Assembly (NCBI GenBank): GCA_025594325.1
Contig: JANHCV010000006.1
Coordinates: forward strand, 1,116,001 to 1,180,000
Direction: 5' to 3'
From: Blastocladiella emersonii ATCC 22665
Lineage: Eukaryota; Fungi; Blastocladiomycota
DNA: 64,000 nt
Shown here: piece by piece, positions 11,324 through 26,660 of the stretch
Numbering within the stretch: position 1 is the stretch's first letter
Layout: each line of letters opens with the position of its first letter
Translations under genes and position numbers: made by a program
The notes under the pieces: generated by a model
What the model saw: only the letters and a program-made list of their open reading frames with translations
Told to the model about the DNA's origin: nothing
Database searches by the model: none

Positions 11324-14245
11324 TCATCGAACAGCGTGGCGTAGCATAAAATACCGCCGCGTGCCCGTCTCGAAGAAAAGCGACAGGACGGTCGACACGA
11401 GACACAGTGCCGCGATCACGCTCGCCGACAGGAACACGGCGGTACCATCTTGAGCTTTTGGGGCAAGAACACGTAACCGGACGACCTGTGCAATCCGAGC
11501 GATCACCAGCATAGCGAGCACCATTAGGTGCGTCCGCGGGCGTCGGCGTAGTGTCGTGGCCATGACCTGGTGCTGCGTCGATTGAGTCAGGCTAATGCTG
11601 CTCGTAATCGACTGCATAACCGTGTCGAGCAGCACAATCAGGAACACGTTGAACAGCTCTCCGTGCAATCGGTACAGCATGAGAAGCGTGCGACGGACCC
11701 AAGGGCGACGTCTATGACGCTGGTCGCGGTCCCTCGGGACCGAACTCGCGCCGCTGAGAAGTTCAGAGGCACGTGGAGAGTCAAGCGTCGAGTTGGTTGG
11801 GCTGATCCACATGGCCGCGGCAGACGCCGGCGGGCTAGCGGCTGCAGGAAACTCGGAGCCTCGTGTAAGCGTGGCCGAAGCCGACTTGTTTCCGTTGGCG
11901 GTCCGCGGTGCTCGTGGAGGCGACGGCGAGGCGCTTGCCCTGCGCTCGAGCCAGAGCGTCCAGAGCGTAGGATGTACGCCAACACGGCCGCGATCACTAC
12001 CGTAAATAGCGAGCTGAATGGACCCAGTTACTGGACTGCGAGTCTCGGTGCCGAGTCGCGAGGAAGCGACAGGAATGGATGCGACGGCAACGGGGAGATC
12101 CGGCGCCAACTGCGCCATTGACGTCGCATCTGGAGCTTTGCGAACCGCGGGCATCTCGTTATGCTCTCGGGTGGACCGGGACACGGTTACAAGCGACGAG
12201 TGCATGGTCCGCGGCAGCGTCATGAGCTCGTGCACATCGAGTATCGAGATGTTCACAGCGAGGTCTGACCCAGCGGTAAGCTTGATCTCGCATGCAGTCG
12301 GGTCGAGGCCGCTGGAGGCATGCAGCCCAGCGTCAAGCTGCGAAACGTGGACACCATCAACCATATGACCGGTAATAGCGGTTCGCACGGCATGTACGGC
12401 CGCGTCACCCACCACGTTCGATTTGCCGTTGTAAATGACGGCAACCTGAGAAGGACGCGGTGCGACGGTCAAAGGTGTGCTAGCGATCAAGGGCCCGTCG
12501 TCGTCGGGCAATGAACGTGGAAGGCGAATCGCAACAGCGGCGGAAGCGAGGGCGGGTTGTGTACGTACGACCGTAGAAAACGGTGGGCCGGGTGAATGAG
12601 ATTCCACGCTGAGGTCAGGCGCGGTGGGTAACTGCAAAGACTGTGGCGATCGAGCTGCCATCAATCGCTGCTGTGACTGCACCGCAGCTGCAGCCGCGGC
12701 CTGCCGCACGTTGAGGTAGAAGGCGATGCTTGAGAGAAAGTCGCGCTGATACAGCCCATAGCAGGACTTGATGAAGACATCAAGCAAGTTGAACACAAAG
12801 AGCCAGACCCATGAGTCGGGCACGTTGCTCAAGATGAGGCCCATGATCACGATGAAGCCGATCAGCGTGAAGCCGACCGGCACGGCATAAATGAAGCGGA
12901 CGCTCGATGCACCGACGAAGAGGTAGAACGAGATCGAGGTCGTGGTCATCCAGAACCGCAGCAAGACATCGAGCTCGACCGCGTCTCGAGTGGCGCACAG
13001 TGCCGCAAACTCGCGGCCCGGTGAAAGAACAGCGCGGTTATCCGAAGCATGGCACGCAGTTAGACACATGCAAGTCGTGGCCTCAAGCGCAAAGGCCAAG
13101 AGCGTCAAGGCAATAAAGCAGTTTCGCCTGCGCGTCACAGTGATCAGGCGATTGCTGAAGATGGAAGAGAGCACGAGAGCGTGAAGCGCGGCCACCAACT
13201 GGTACGCGATAACGACGCCAAACTGACAAGAGCCGCAGTGGCCATCAACGGCAGGGCACGCGGAGAGGACGGCCTGGTACCTCCGGTAGGTGCTCATCAT
13301 GAGCGCCATTCGAGCACATAAAATTGGAATGAGAGCGCACTAGAGGTATTGAATGTCAGTTTACGGTCATCAACACAGAAGGTAGGTTGAGGCACAGCAC
13401 CGTCATCACGAGAACGAGAATAATTGGACCGCTTGTCCTCGTCCGCGCCTCGGTGTACTTGGCTTCAACCGACCGCCGCGCAAACAGCAGCGTCCAGAGC
13501 GAGAGCGGCGAACCGCTCCTGCCCTTGACAATATTGATGGCTGAGCCGAAGACGGCACGAGTGATGGCCCACGTTTCCGTGTGGTCATCGGGCCCCGTAT
13601 TGAGGCTGACGCGGGTCGTTGGGACGTCAGCGAGGGACATGGAGAGGAGCACGTTTGGTGTCAAGGACGCGGAACTGATCTCGGCAGGAGGCCTGGCGTG
13701 CCCTGGAGGCTCAAGTTGCTGCGACGCATTTTGGTTGGAAAGCGAGCCGCGGTCGGGGCCCTCGCTCTTCAGCGCAACCGCTGGCTCGTCATGCGTCAAC
13801 GGCTGCAATGCCGCTACAAGAACAGATCTTTCGAGTGAGACGAACTTGAACTAATGAGGAAACAACTAAGTTTCTCAGTACCGGCGTCCGAAGAAGCTGC
13901 TTCTGCGAGTCGCGACACGGAGCGGAGGAGGGCGATGGACGATGCACGAACGGCAGTCGCAAAGGCAGGACACGTGGTAGAAATCGTTGACTCTGGTTGG
14001 CTCCGGGCGGACATGAAGGATCCTGACCCACAAGACTTGGAACCGTGAAAAAAAGTCTGAGAATTGCAAGAAAATCCGTTGCCGGAGGAACCGGGATACT
14101 GAGGCGGGGAGGCAGAGGAGCTGCTGGTCCGTGTCAACAAGTGAGACCTCACCGAAAGCGTCCCACGCGCCGCCGCGGCAGTCGGTGAGGGCGGTGCCGA
14201 CCGCGGGGCGCCATCTACCGGCATTTGCATGTGGTTTTGTTCCAT
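11324..14245 (-). CDS. Copy C of the double-6TM family; exons 14245-13882, 13813-13401, 13339-11324 (~930 aa); in-frame deletion of about three TM helices in the second block; possibly decaying
   Basis: Introns 13814-13881 and 13340-13400 restore the frame. LYRLHGELFN joins directly to VFLIVLLDTVMQ, whereas copies B and D have over 100 aa between these points. Confidence 0.65.
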
Positions 14246-14861
14246 GGGAGTTCCATAAGGTGGTGTCTGAAAGCGTCGATCGACGATATTTCGTTGGTTC
14301 GAGCGAGGTGGTTTGGCTGCGAGACACTGACCGCACTTTGCAGCTCGAACCGTAAACGAGTTCGACAATTTTAAGCCACGCCTTGGGTTGGGAGACGACC
14401 GAGCCAGCACACCGAGAGCGAGACGGGATTCGGTTGTGTATCCCATCCAGTTTACGGCAGATCCCAACATTTTGGGTCGCATCGAAGCCAATCGGAAGGC
14501 CATGGTCCCGATTGAGACGCGTGAGACGTTGTGCACTGTTGTCTCGCATGGGCGCACGCGACGTGTCGGTCACGAGGGTGGCGCAGCGCGTAGCGGCCAC
14601 GCTTGGGGTCGCGCGTGGCGGCGACGCGAAACGTTCAATTCCCTTGGTTGCGTATCGAAGAAAATCGAAGAGCTTATATTTATGCCGAAAAATTAACACT
14701 GGACATCCGTGTAGCCTTGAGCACAGCGTCAGCTACTATCAAGCGGCGATGAGGTCGAGCGACGACTACGCTTCGGGTTTGCTAAGGGACTATTTGAATT
14801 TTGGGCTCATAGGTAGTGCGAATACTCAAGTTAAGCGTATGGACTCATGCATTAACGAGAT

Positions 14862-15047
14862 TCATCGAACAACTCGAAGCAGCATAAAGTACCGCCGCGT
14901 GCCCGTTTCAAAGAACAGCGACAGGACGGTCGACACGAGGCACAACGCAGCGACCACGCTCGCCGTCAGGTACACGGCACTGTCGTGGTGCCCTGCCGGG
15001 ACCGCAACGCGAAGTCGTACAGCCTGCGCAAGCTCGGCTACAACCCA
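14862..15047 (-). pseudogene. 3'-terminal fragment (last TM helices) of a fifth copy of the double-6TM family
   Basis: Minus strand reads VVAELAQAVRLRVAVPAGHHDSAVYLTASVVAALCLVSTVLSLFFETGTRRYFMLLRVVR*; homology stops near 15050. Confidence 0.85.
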
Positions 15048-15285
15048 GCGCCAGATATCTTCACCAACTACTGATCAGAAAGGTATTCGTCGCGATCACG
15101 AAATATGCGAGTGATTCACCAGACCGGCAAATCGCGTCGCGTCGCGTCGCGTCGGTCACGCGAGTGGCGCAGCGCGTGGATGTGGCACACACCCGTTCAT
15201 CGAAGTTGCAAGCCCGTCTAACGAGGACCATGGATTCATCTCGCGTGTTACGACCGTAACGATGCACAAAATCTACATGTATGAT

Positions 15286-18200
15286 CTAGTGGACGACTCG
15301 ACGCAGCATAAAGTACCGCCGCGTCCCTGTTTCGAAGAACAGGCACAAGACCGTGCTGACGAGCATAAGCGCGGCGACCACGCAAGCCGATAGATACAGC
15401 TCGATTTCGTGGTACGAGTCGCTCATGATATCGCGGAGGCGCATCGACTGTGCGATTTCGGCCGCCACGAGCGTCGCCATGACCAGCAGATGGGCCCGAG
15501 GTCGGAGACGCAACGTGGTGATGCTGAAGATGGTGGCGAGGACCTGGTGTCGCGTTGACTACAGGCCCGGTCGAGCAGGTGAGTTGATCGTGGGTTCGGT
15601 TCATGAAGAGTAGCTGCCGTACCTGCGTCAAAACAAACGTGCTCGTCACGGCCTGCATCACCGTGTCGAGGATGATGATGGTGCACACGTAGAGCATGGA
15701 GTGCGCGATCAGATACCACTCGAGCAGTGGCCCGCGAAGGGCCGGAACAAACGCTGCCGCGGCGCCCACGGCCAGGTGGACCAGGTTCAGCGCGATGCCC
15801 TTGGCGTACGCAAACCACCATTGCGTCGCCGACGGCGAGATCAGGGCGACGAGCGGGAACTCCTGGGCAAACTTGACCACGTCGACCGTCCCGCTGACGC
15901 CCGAGCGAAACCCCATGCGGATCGCGCCGAGGATGATGCCGATCAGGACCTGCGAGATCATGCCGCAAAGCGCCGTGATGCGCATGCGCCGCAGCAGCTT
16001 GCCGTAGTAGTACCGCAGGTACTCGTCCTCGTACACGGGGTCGGGGAACTTATAGAACAGCTCGCTGCGCAGCCGGTACATGGTGCGCAGAAACCGCCGC
16101 ACGAACGGGCTCCGCCGCGCAAGCGCACGTTGCCGTTGCCGGTGCCGCTCCTCGCGGTGGCCCGAGTTGGACGCGCCCGCGGTCCCGAGCGTCGTGGCGG
16201 GCGAGAAGAGCGTCGAGTCGGTCGGGTCGGATCGCATCGACGTGAGCTGCGGGCTCGTCGTGTTGGCGCTCGGCAGTGTACTGGACCCAGTCTCGGTGGG
16301 ATCGACGACAGGCGGTCGTGGCGCAGGCTGCGCCGATGCTGACGCAGAAGCCGCCTTCTGCTCGAGCCACCGTGCCCAGATCGCCGGGTGCATGCCGAAC
16401 CCGCCACCGGGGCCACTGGCGGCTGTGCCGGTCGCGCCACCGGGTCCGCCCAGTCGGACGGCGCCAGGTCCCGCGGCACGCTGCGGGTTCCACGGCGCGC
16501 CGCTGGCCGGCGTGAAGAGTAGTCCGGGCCCGCTCGCCGGCAGCGTCGGCTCGGACCGCTGCTTGATGGTCTTGAGCGAGCCCGCGACGTTCGCGTTCGC
16601 GACCGCGATGTTGTCGTCCTCCTTGCTCGACAGCGGCGACGAGTCGGTCAAGTTGGCCGCCGACCGCGAGATGGTCACGAGGGACCCGCGGAACTTGCGC
16701 GGCAGCGTCATGAGGTCGAGCGACGAGATGTTGGCGGCGATCTCGGACTCGAGCGAGACCTCGATCAGCGGCGCGACGCCGAGCTGGCCACGCCCGCCTC
16801 CGCCCTCGCCACCCGGGCCGCCGCGATCGTAGAGCCCGCCGAGCTGCGACACGTGCACGCCGTCAACGAGGTGCCCACTGCTCGCCGACCGCACGACATG
16901 GACCGCGACGTCCGCGTTGCCGGCCGAGTCGCCGGGTAGCCGCGAGATGTGGACGCGGGAGCCGTGCGTGATGCTGTTGGACCGCGAGCGCGGGCCGTCG
17001 GGCATGGAGCTCGGGTTGGATCGGGCGGAGGCAATCGAGCCTGGCCTACTGCTCACGGGCGACGTACTCGACGAGCTCATGTCGCGCGAGACGGACGGGT
17101 TCGGGCTCGACGGGTCGATGAGGATCGTCGGGCCGTTCATCGTAGGCGGGGTGACGGTGAAGCCGCCCGCGGTCATGATCGAGGACTGGCGGTCCACGGA
17201 CACGACGAGCCCCGCGCCGAGCGCCGAGGTCGACGGGTCGGCGAGCAGCGACACAGCCGTCGCGTTGGGTCCACGGGGAGCCGAGTCCTCGTTCCGGGCC
17301 AGCGGATCCGGCAGCCCTACCTCGGAGCTGGGCGGCGGCAGCCGTGCGGTCGACGGGAGGTGCGCGGCCGTCATGCGCTGCGACTGGGCCGTCTGCGCGG
17401 CCTGCTGGACGTTGAGGAAGAAGGTGATGCGCGAGAGGAAGTCGCGCTGGTACAGGCCGTACGCGCCCTTGAACAGGTTGTCGAGCAGGTTGAAGGCGTA
17501 GAGCCAGACCCACGACTCGGGCGAGTGGTTGAGCGAGAAACCGGCCGTGAGCACCACGAGGACCAGCACCGCGCCGACGGGCAGCGACCGGTGGAACATG
17601 ACGCTCGACGCGCCTATGAAGAAGTAGAACGAGATGGACGTGTTGGTCATCCAGAACCTCAGCAGGGCGTCGAGCTCGACGGCGTTGCCGTTGTTCGGGC
17701 ACAGCGCGGCGAACTCGCGGCCGGGCGAGAGCGTGGTGCCGTCGGCGACGCGGTAGCACGCGGTCGGGCACATGGCGCTCGCCGTCTCGAGCGCAAAGGC
17801 GATGAGCGTGAATGCGATGAAGAAGCTGCGGCGGCGCGCGGCCGAGATGATGCGGGGCGGGACGAACATGGACAGGAGTACGAGCGCGTGGAACAGGCCG
17901 ACAAGGTAGTAGGCGATGTAGACGACGAGCTGGCACGTGTCGCAGCTGCCGCCGATGGCCGGGCACGCGGCGAGCACGTCGCCGTACCGGTTGTGCGTCG
18001 CAAGGTGCAGGATGAACCGCACGGACAGGATCGGGAACATGGCCCACTACAAAGATCGGTGCGGAGAGTGAGCATGGCGCGAGCCCGACGGCCCTCGAGG
18101 CAGCGGTACCGTCATGATCAGGATGATGGAGTTGCTCGCCCGGGTGCGCGAGTCGGCGTACTTGGACTCGATCGACTTGCGCTCGAAGATGAGCGTCCAG

Positions 18201-19186
18201 AGCGAGAAGGGCGGGCGGTTCCGGCCCGAGAACAGCTCGATGGCCGAGCCGTAGATGACGCGGCCCATGGCCAGCGCCCCGTCGCGGTCGGGACCCGTGT
18301 CGAGCTTGACGCGGATGGCCGGAACGTCTATAAGCGAGGTGCTGAGCAGGGCGCTCGGCGTCAGCGAGACGGCGCTGCTGCCCGGCCGTTCCGCGTAGGG
18401 CGTGGCGAGGGTGACGCGGTCGGGGAGCTCGAGCTGCGACGGCTGGTACGAGGAAGCGCCGGGGGCTTGCGGGATGGTCTCGATGGTATCGGCGCTCTGC
18501 TGTACTCCGTCGCCGCGCTCGTTCGAGTCGTTTCGCGCGAGCGGCTGTGATGCCTCTACGTGAGAGCGATGACGGCGGGTAAGATCCGCGCGCATGGACG
18601 AGGTTAGACGGTCGCGGCACGTACCCACGTCTGTGTCGATCGTCGCGGGCGCCACGATGCGCGAGATGGAGCGGATGAGCGCCTCGGACGGCGCACGGAT
18701 GGCGGTGGCAAAGACGTGCGAGCTCATGGCCGACATGGCCGACAGGGTCTGCCTGCTCCTGGCCGACTTGAACGACTCGGAGCGGTGGAGGTGGTCATCG
18801 TCGGCGGGCGGGGAGGTCGATGACGACGACGAGGTGCGAGCGCGCGCGCGGTCGGGGAGCGGGCCGCTCAAGGAGTGCGAGAGCGGGGAAGCATGGAGGC
18901 TGCGAGACGCCGACGATCGCGATCTAGATCGCGACAGCGAAGGAGAGAGGGTATCGCGCGCGAAGCTCGCGGGTGGGGAGGAGACCGGCGAGGATGGTGA
19001 TGGTATCGGCGCGCTGCCCTGCAGGGTCCCGCGTGAGAGGTGGCCATGGGCGTGGTCGCGCCCATTGGTGCGCGATGCCAGGGACCCGGTCTCGGGAGCG
19101 TTGAGATGGCCCAGGTCATTGTCGGGTGCGGCGCGACGCGTCGAGTTCGAGGCGGACGGGGTAGAGGAAAGGTCGGGGCGAGTCAT
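15286..19186 (-). CDS. Copy D (most intact) of the double-6TM cyclase-anchor-like membrane protein; introns 18556-18624, 18047-18109, 15559-15622 (~1230 aa)
   Basis: Splicing joins IILIMT|WAMFPIL and VLTQ|STRHQV in frame. Two six-helix hydrophobic blocks are separated by a long S/P-rich linker; codon usage is GC3-rich like the housekeeping genes. Confidence 0.85.
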
Positions 19187-20221
19187 GGTGGCGCAAGGTC
19201 ACCGGGTCACTTCATCGATGCAGGTCATGCATAGGACCGATCAACGGGTAGAGATGGGCAGCGGTTGAGCTGGTGCGTGGATCGGTAGTGGAGCTTCAAC
19301 CGAGCGAGGCGATGATGAACAATCCACGGCGGATCGAGGCGCGCTCTGGCGTGGAATGCATGTTGTGTGTTGACTAGGACATGGACGCGGGCGCGAGCGG
19401 CGGGCGCCTGGCGGAAGATTTGTAGCTCCAGCGTGGACACACGGACGCGTCAACACGGGCATAGCCCGGCGGTGGGAGACAATTCCCGACTGGAGGACAC
19501 CGGAGCGTCAATCGTGCGAGCCACGGTGTGGTGCGCGCGGACAAGGGCGCGCTCTCCCCGCCCAACGGCGCTGGCGTTGCCTCCGGGCCTCCGGTCGGAT
19601 GCGCGTGATCAGGTGCTGCTAATGCGGATGCGGACGGCCGTGTTCGCGCGCGCGACGCGTCGGTGCGCCCCGGCACGTGATGTCTCGCGCCGATTTCTCG
19701 CGCTGCGACGCGTCGCGCCACCCACCGCGCTTCCCTGCGTTGATCTCGATGCGCTGCCCCGGCGGCCGCTCCGGAGCGCAGGCGCGCCGAAGATCGACAA
19801 CGGCTCGGGTGGGCACATTCCCAACGCCAAAGGTGTGTCTCGCATAGACCCCTTGTTGCCTGCGAGACACGGACTGTGCTTCGCCCAGTCCAAAGCGCCG
19901 GACCCGCTGCGCCTCAAACAAGGGCGCGGACCAGGCTCCGAGTGGATGCCGAGCGCGCGCTCTGAGCTGCAAGCGGGAACGCGCCTCGCGGGTCGGCACT
20001 CGCGTGCTCGGGTAGACGGAACAGTGAAGCGCGCGCAGGTGCCGCGCTCCATCGTCCAACGATCCCCACGTCGTCGCGTGCGTGTTTGCCGCGCGATCCG
20101 AGCCGACGTTCGGCGCTTCGTGAAACGCATCGTGTCGCGCGTGACGTGTTGGCGGCGGCAGTTCACTCGTTCGAGTCAGAGGCGGCGGTGGGGCTGGTGG
20201 TGGGGCCCACGGTGCGCGTGA

Positions 20222-24040
<3,819 letters not shown>

Positions 24041-24440
24041 GAGGTCAAGGCCGAGACCGAGACCAAGGTGCCAGGCGCGCGGAAGTTTGATTTGTACATA
24101 TTGTTGTCGTTTGGCCGAGCGAGCGAGTGAGCGCTCGCGGCCGTGGTCCTGCAGTTCGCCCCCATCATCATTACGTGTCCATATTCATTAATCAATCCGA
24201 GTCGAGCAGTTCCATTCATCTCGCCGGTCGCTTGCAGTGTTGCTGGGGAATTGTCGGCGGAGTTGAGGAGCGTCGGTCGCCGTGACACGGCCGTGGCCGC
24301 CGACCATGGCCACGGCTGATACCTTCCTTACTCTCAACCGCGCGCGACGCGAGACACACGAGCGCACAAATGGTTTATGATATACCGACTACTCCGCAGC
24401 TATCCGATACCCCCTTCCCTCTCTCTACCCCCGCGCCACT

Positions 24441-26660
24441 TCACACGGCGCCGTGGTCCCACGTTGCGAGCGCCTCGCGGAGCCGGCTCCACGTCAGCGG
24501 CGCTCCGCTCGCGTCCGCGCTGCCGCCGACCGAGTCGCCGAGGCCCGGCAGGTGCGCGGCGAGCGCCGTCATGTCGTTCTGGGCCATGGCGCGCGACACG
24601 GCGGCGAGGAGCTGCACGATGGCGAGCTGCGCGGGGACCGGGATCGCGTCGTCGCTTGAGCTCGCGGACGTGGTGGCCGGGTCGATTTGGTGCAGGTTCC
24701 TATAGTCACGACGGGTTAGCGATTGGTTGGGCATGAGGGCGAGAGACGACGAGCGAACGTACTGGAAGCCAGCCAGGACGAGGTGCGCCATGTTCAGCTC
24801 CTTGGTATCAGCCTCCTCGCCGGGCACGCGGCGGACGAGCACGTAGTCGAGCTTGAACGCTGAGAACGCGAGGTCGAGCTCGGCGAGGAGACACATGTGG
24901 ATGAGCGCGAACCCGACGACGGCGCGGGCCTCGCTGACCGACAAAGGGCGCGACCGCGCGCGGTCGGCCACGCTGCCCGCCGGGTGCCACGCCGCGACGA
25001 GGGCAGCCGTACTCGACGACGAATCAGCGGGCGGCGGGACCACCTCGACGAGCTCGAGCAGTGACTCATCGATGCCCAGACTGGCCGCGAGCGTGTAGAC
25101 GGCGTGGACGCGCGCGGCCTCGGCGGCGGGGGTCGGAATCAGGACGCGCGTCGCGGGCAGACCCCGCGGGACGTGGTCGTCCTCGACTATGTACATGGTG
25201 CGGCGCGCGCGTGGGGACACGGGGCCGACGATGGTGAAGCGCGACGACCACCACGGCGCCGCGGAGGTGGACGTGGGGGAGGCGGAGAGGGCGCCCGTGT
25301 GGCGGATGGCGATCGGGGAGCCGGGGTACGTGACGTGAGCGTGGTGCGAGGTGCGGGCGGGCGTGGTCCATGGCGACGCGACCATGGCGGTCGACGTCGC
25401 GTCCCACAGGGTCACGACGGGGCGCGGCGACGAGGCCGAGGCGGACGCGGAGCCACCCGAGAGCGACGTCGCGTCCTCGTCGTCCTCATCGTCGGTGTGG
25501 TGATGGTGGCGGACGTGGTCGTCGAGGGCCATGAGGTCCGCGAACTGGACGCTCTCCGAGTCGTCGCGCGCATGGTGCAGCTGGTCGGGCTCGGCGTCTG
25601 TGTCGGTCTCGAGGCCGAACACGCCCGAGTCGCGCGGGTTGCCGTCCTCCTCGCGGTCGCCCTTGACGGTCACCGGCGCCGCGGCGGTCGGGTTGGTCCC
25701 AGCACGGCGGCGGCCCGACTCAGCGGCCGCGGTCTCGGCGATATCCTGAGCGAGGGCGGACCCGCGGCGCGAGTTGCGGCGGGCCGAAGCGGCGACGTTC
25801 CCCGCGGCGATTGCGGCCGAGAGGTCCGGACACGAGAAGCTGCGCTCGAGCTCGCACAGCGGCGGGATGGACGTGTCGAGCATGAGTTCCGGGTCCGACG
25901 GCTGGCGCGCGGGGACCGGAGGCGCCAGCAGCTCCTTGGCGGGGGCGAGCTCCTCGAAGACTGGCCGTGGTGGCGGGGCGGCGACCTTCTTCTTGCGCTT
26001 GCCCGAGCCGTTGGTCGGCGGCGGGCCGAGGGCGGCCTGCTGCTGGCGCACCGACTCCTGGACGATCAGGCGCAGCGACTTGGAGAGCTCCGAGAGGATG
26101 GTCGGAAGTGCGAGCAGGAAGGCGAGCGGGACCATGATGCGGGACCACGCCGGGTCGATGGCGGCCGAGCCGGTCTTGGGCCCATGGCGGCGCGTACGGG
26201 ACCCGCTGTGCGGGAGGGGCGAGGAGGGCAGCTGCTGCCGCGGTCGTGGCGGCGGGTCGAGCGAGTAGGGCGACAGCGACGGGGTCGCGGTGAAGGAGGG
26301 CTTGCTACTGCTATTATTCGCGTCCATGATGTTGCTCACGCAGCGATGTCGGTGCGGGGAGGGCCGGCGCGAGAGCGGGGGTGTAGGGAGCGTAGCGGCG
26401 GGCGCGGGTGCAGGCGATAATGAGGGGGAGGGCGAGCGGGACGGGGCGGTGCTGGTGTGGACGGCGACGTCGACGTGCATCGACCACTCGAGAGACGGTG
26501 CGCGGGAGACATTGTCGCCGTAATCGCGAGCAGCGGACGCGGCGCGGCGCGCGCGTTTCCGGCGGCGGCGGCCGACGCGAATTTGCACCGACAGGGATGG
26601 CAGGCCGCCGGGCCAGCTCCCGTCCGCGGTGGTGGCCGTGTTTTCGGGTATCGGTTGCAT
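24441..26660 (-). CDS. Hypothetical protein: long low-complexity N-terminus with a possible degenerate protein-kinase C-lobe; likely intron 24700-24762
   Basis: Long ORF with normal codon bias. GSVADRARSRPLSVSEARAVVGFALIHMCLLAELDLAFSAFKLDYVLV...LVLAGFQ is spaced like kinase subdomains V-VII without HRD or DFG. Confidence 0.6.
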   Translation of the reverse strand: MQPIPENTATTADGSWPGGLPSLSVQIRVGRRRRKRARRAASAARDYGDNVSRAPSLEWSMHVDVAVHTSTAPSRSPSPSLSPAPAPAATLPTPPLSRRPSPHRHRCVSNIMDANNSSSKPSFTATPSLSPYSLDPPPRPRQQLPSSPLPHSGSRTRRHGPKTGSAAIDPAWSRIMVPLAFLLALPTILSELSKSLRLIVQESVRQQQAALGPPPTNGSGKRKKKVAAPPPRPVFEELAPAKELLAPPVPARQPSDPELMLDTSIPPLCELERSFSCPDLSAAIAAGNVAASARRNSRRGSALAQDIAETAAAESGRRRAGTNPTAAAPVTVKGDREEDGNPRDSGVFGLETDTDAEPDQLHHARDDSESVQFADLMALDDHVRHHHHTDDEDDEDATSLSGGSASASASSPRPVVTLWDATSTAMVASPWTTPARTSHHAHVTYPGSPIAIRHTGALSASPTSTSAAPWWSSRFTIVGPVSPRARRTMYIVEDDHVPRGLPATRVLIPTPAAEAARVHAVYTLAASLGIDESLLELVEVVPPPADSSSSTAALVAAWHPAGSVADRARSRPLSVSEARAVVGFALIHMCLLAELDLAFSAFKLDYVLVRRVPGEEADTKELNMAHLVLAGFQYVRSSSLALMPNQSLTRRDYRNLHQIDPATTSASSSDDAIPVPAQLAIVQLLAAVSRAMAQNDMTALAAHLPGLGDSVGGSADASGAPLTWSRLREALATWDHGAV

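Noticed and set aside
10299-13881. Apparent frameshifts in the 5' parts of copies B and C
   Set aside because: Canonical introns (10299-10365 and 13814-13881) at the position of intron 18556-18624 in copy D restore the frame.
5367-19186. Link to rhodopsin-guanylyl cyclase (CyclOp/BeGC1) photoreception
   Set aside because: No opsin 7-TM pattern, retinal-binding Lys motif or cyclase catalytic motifs are visible.
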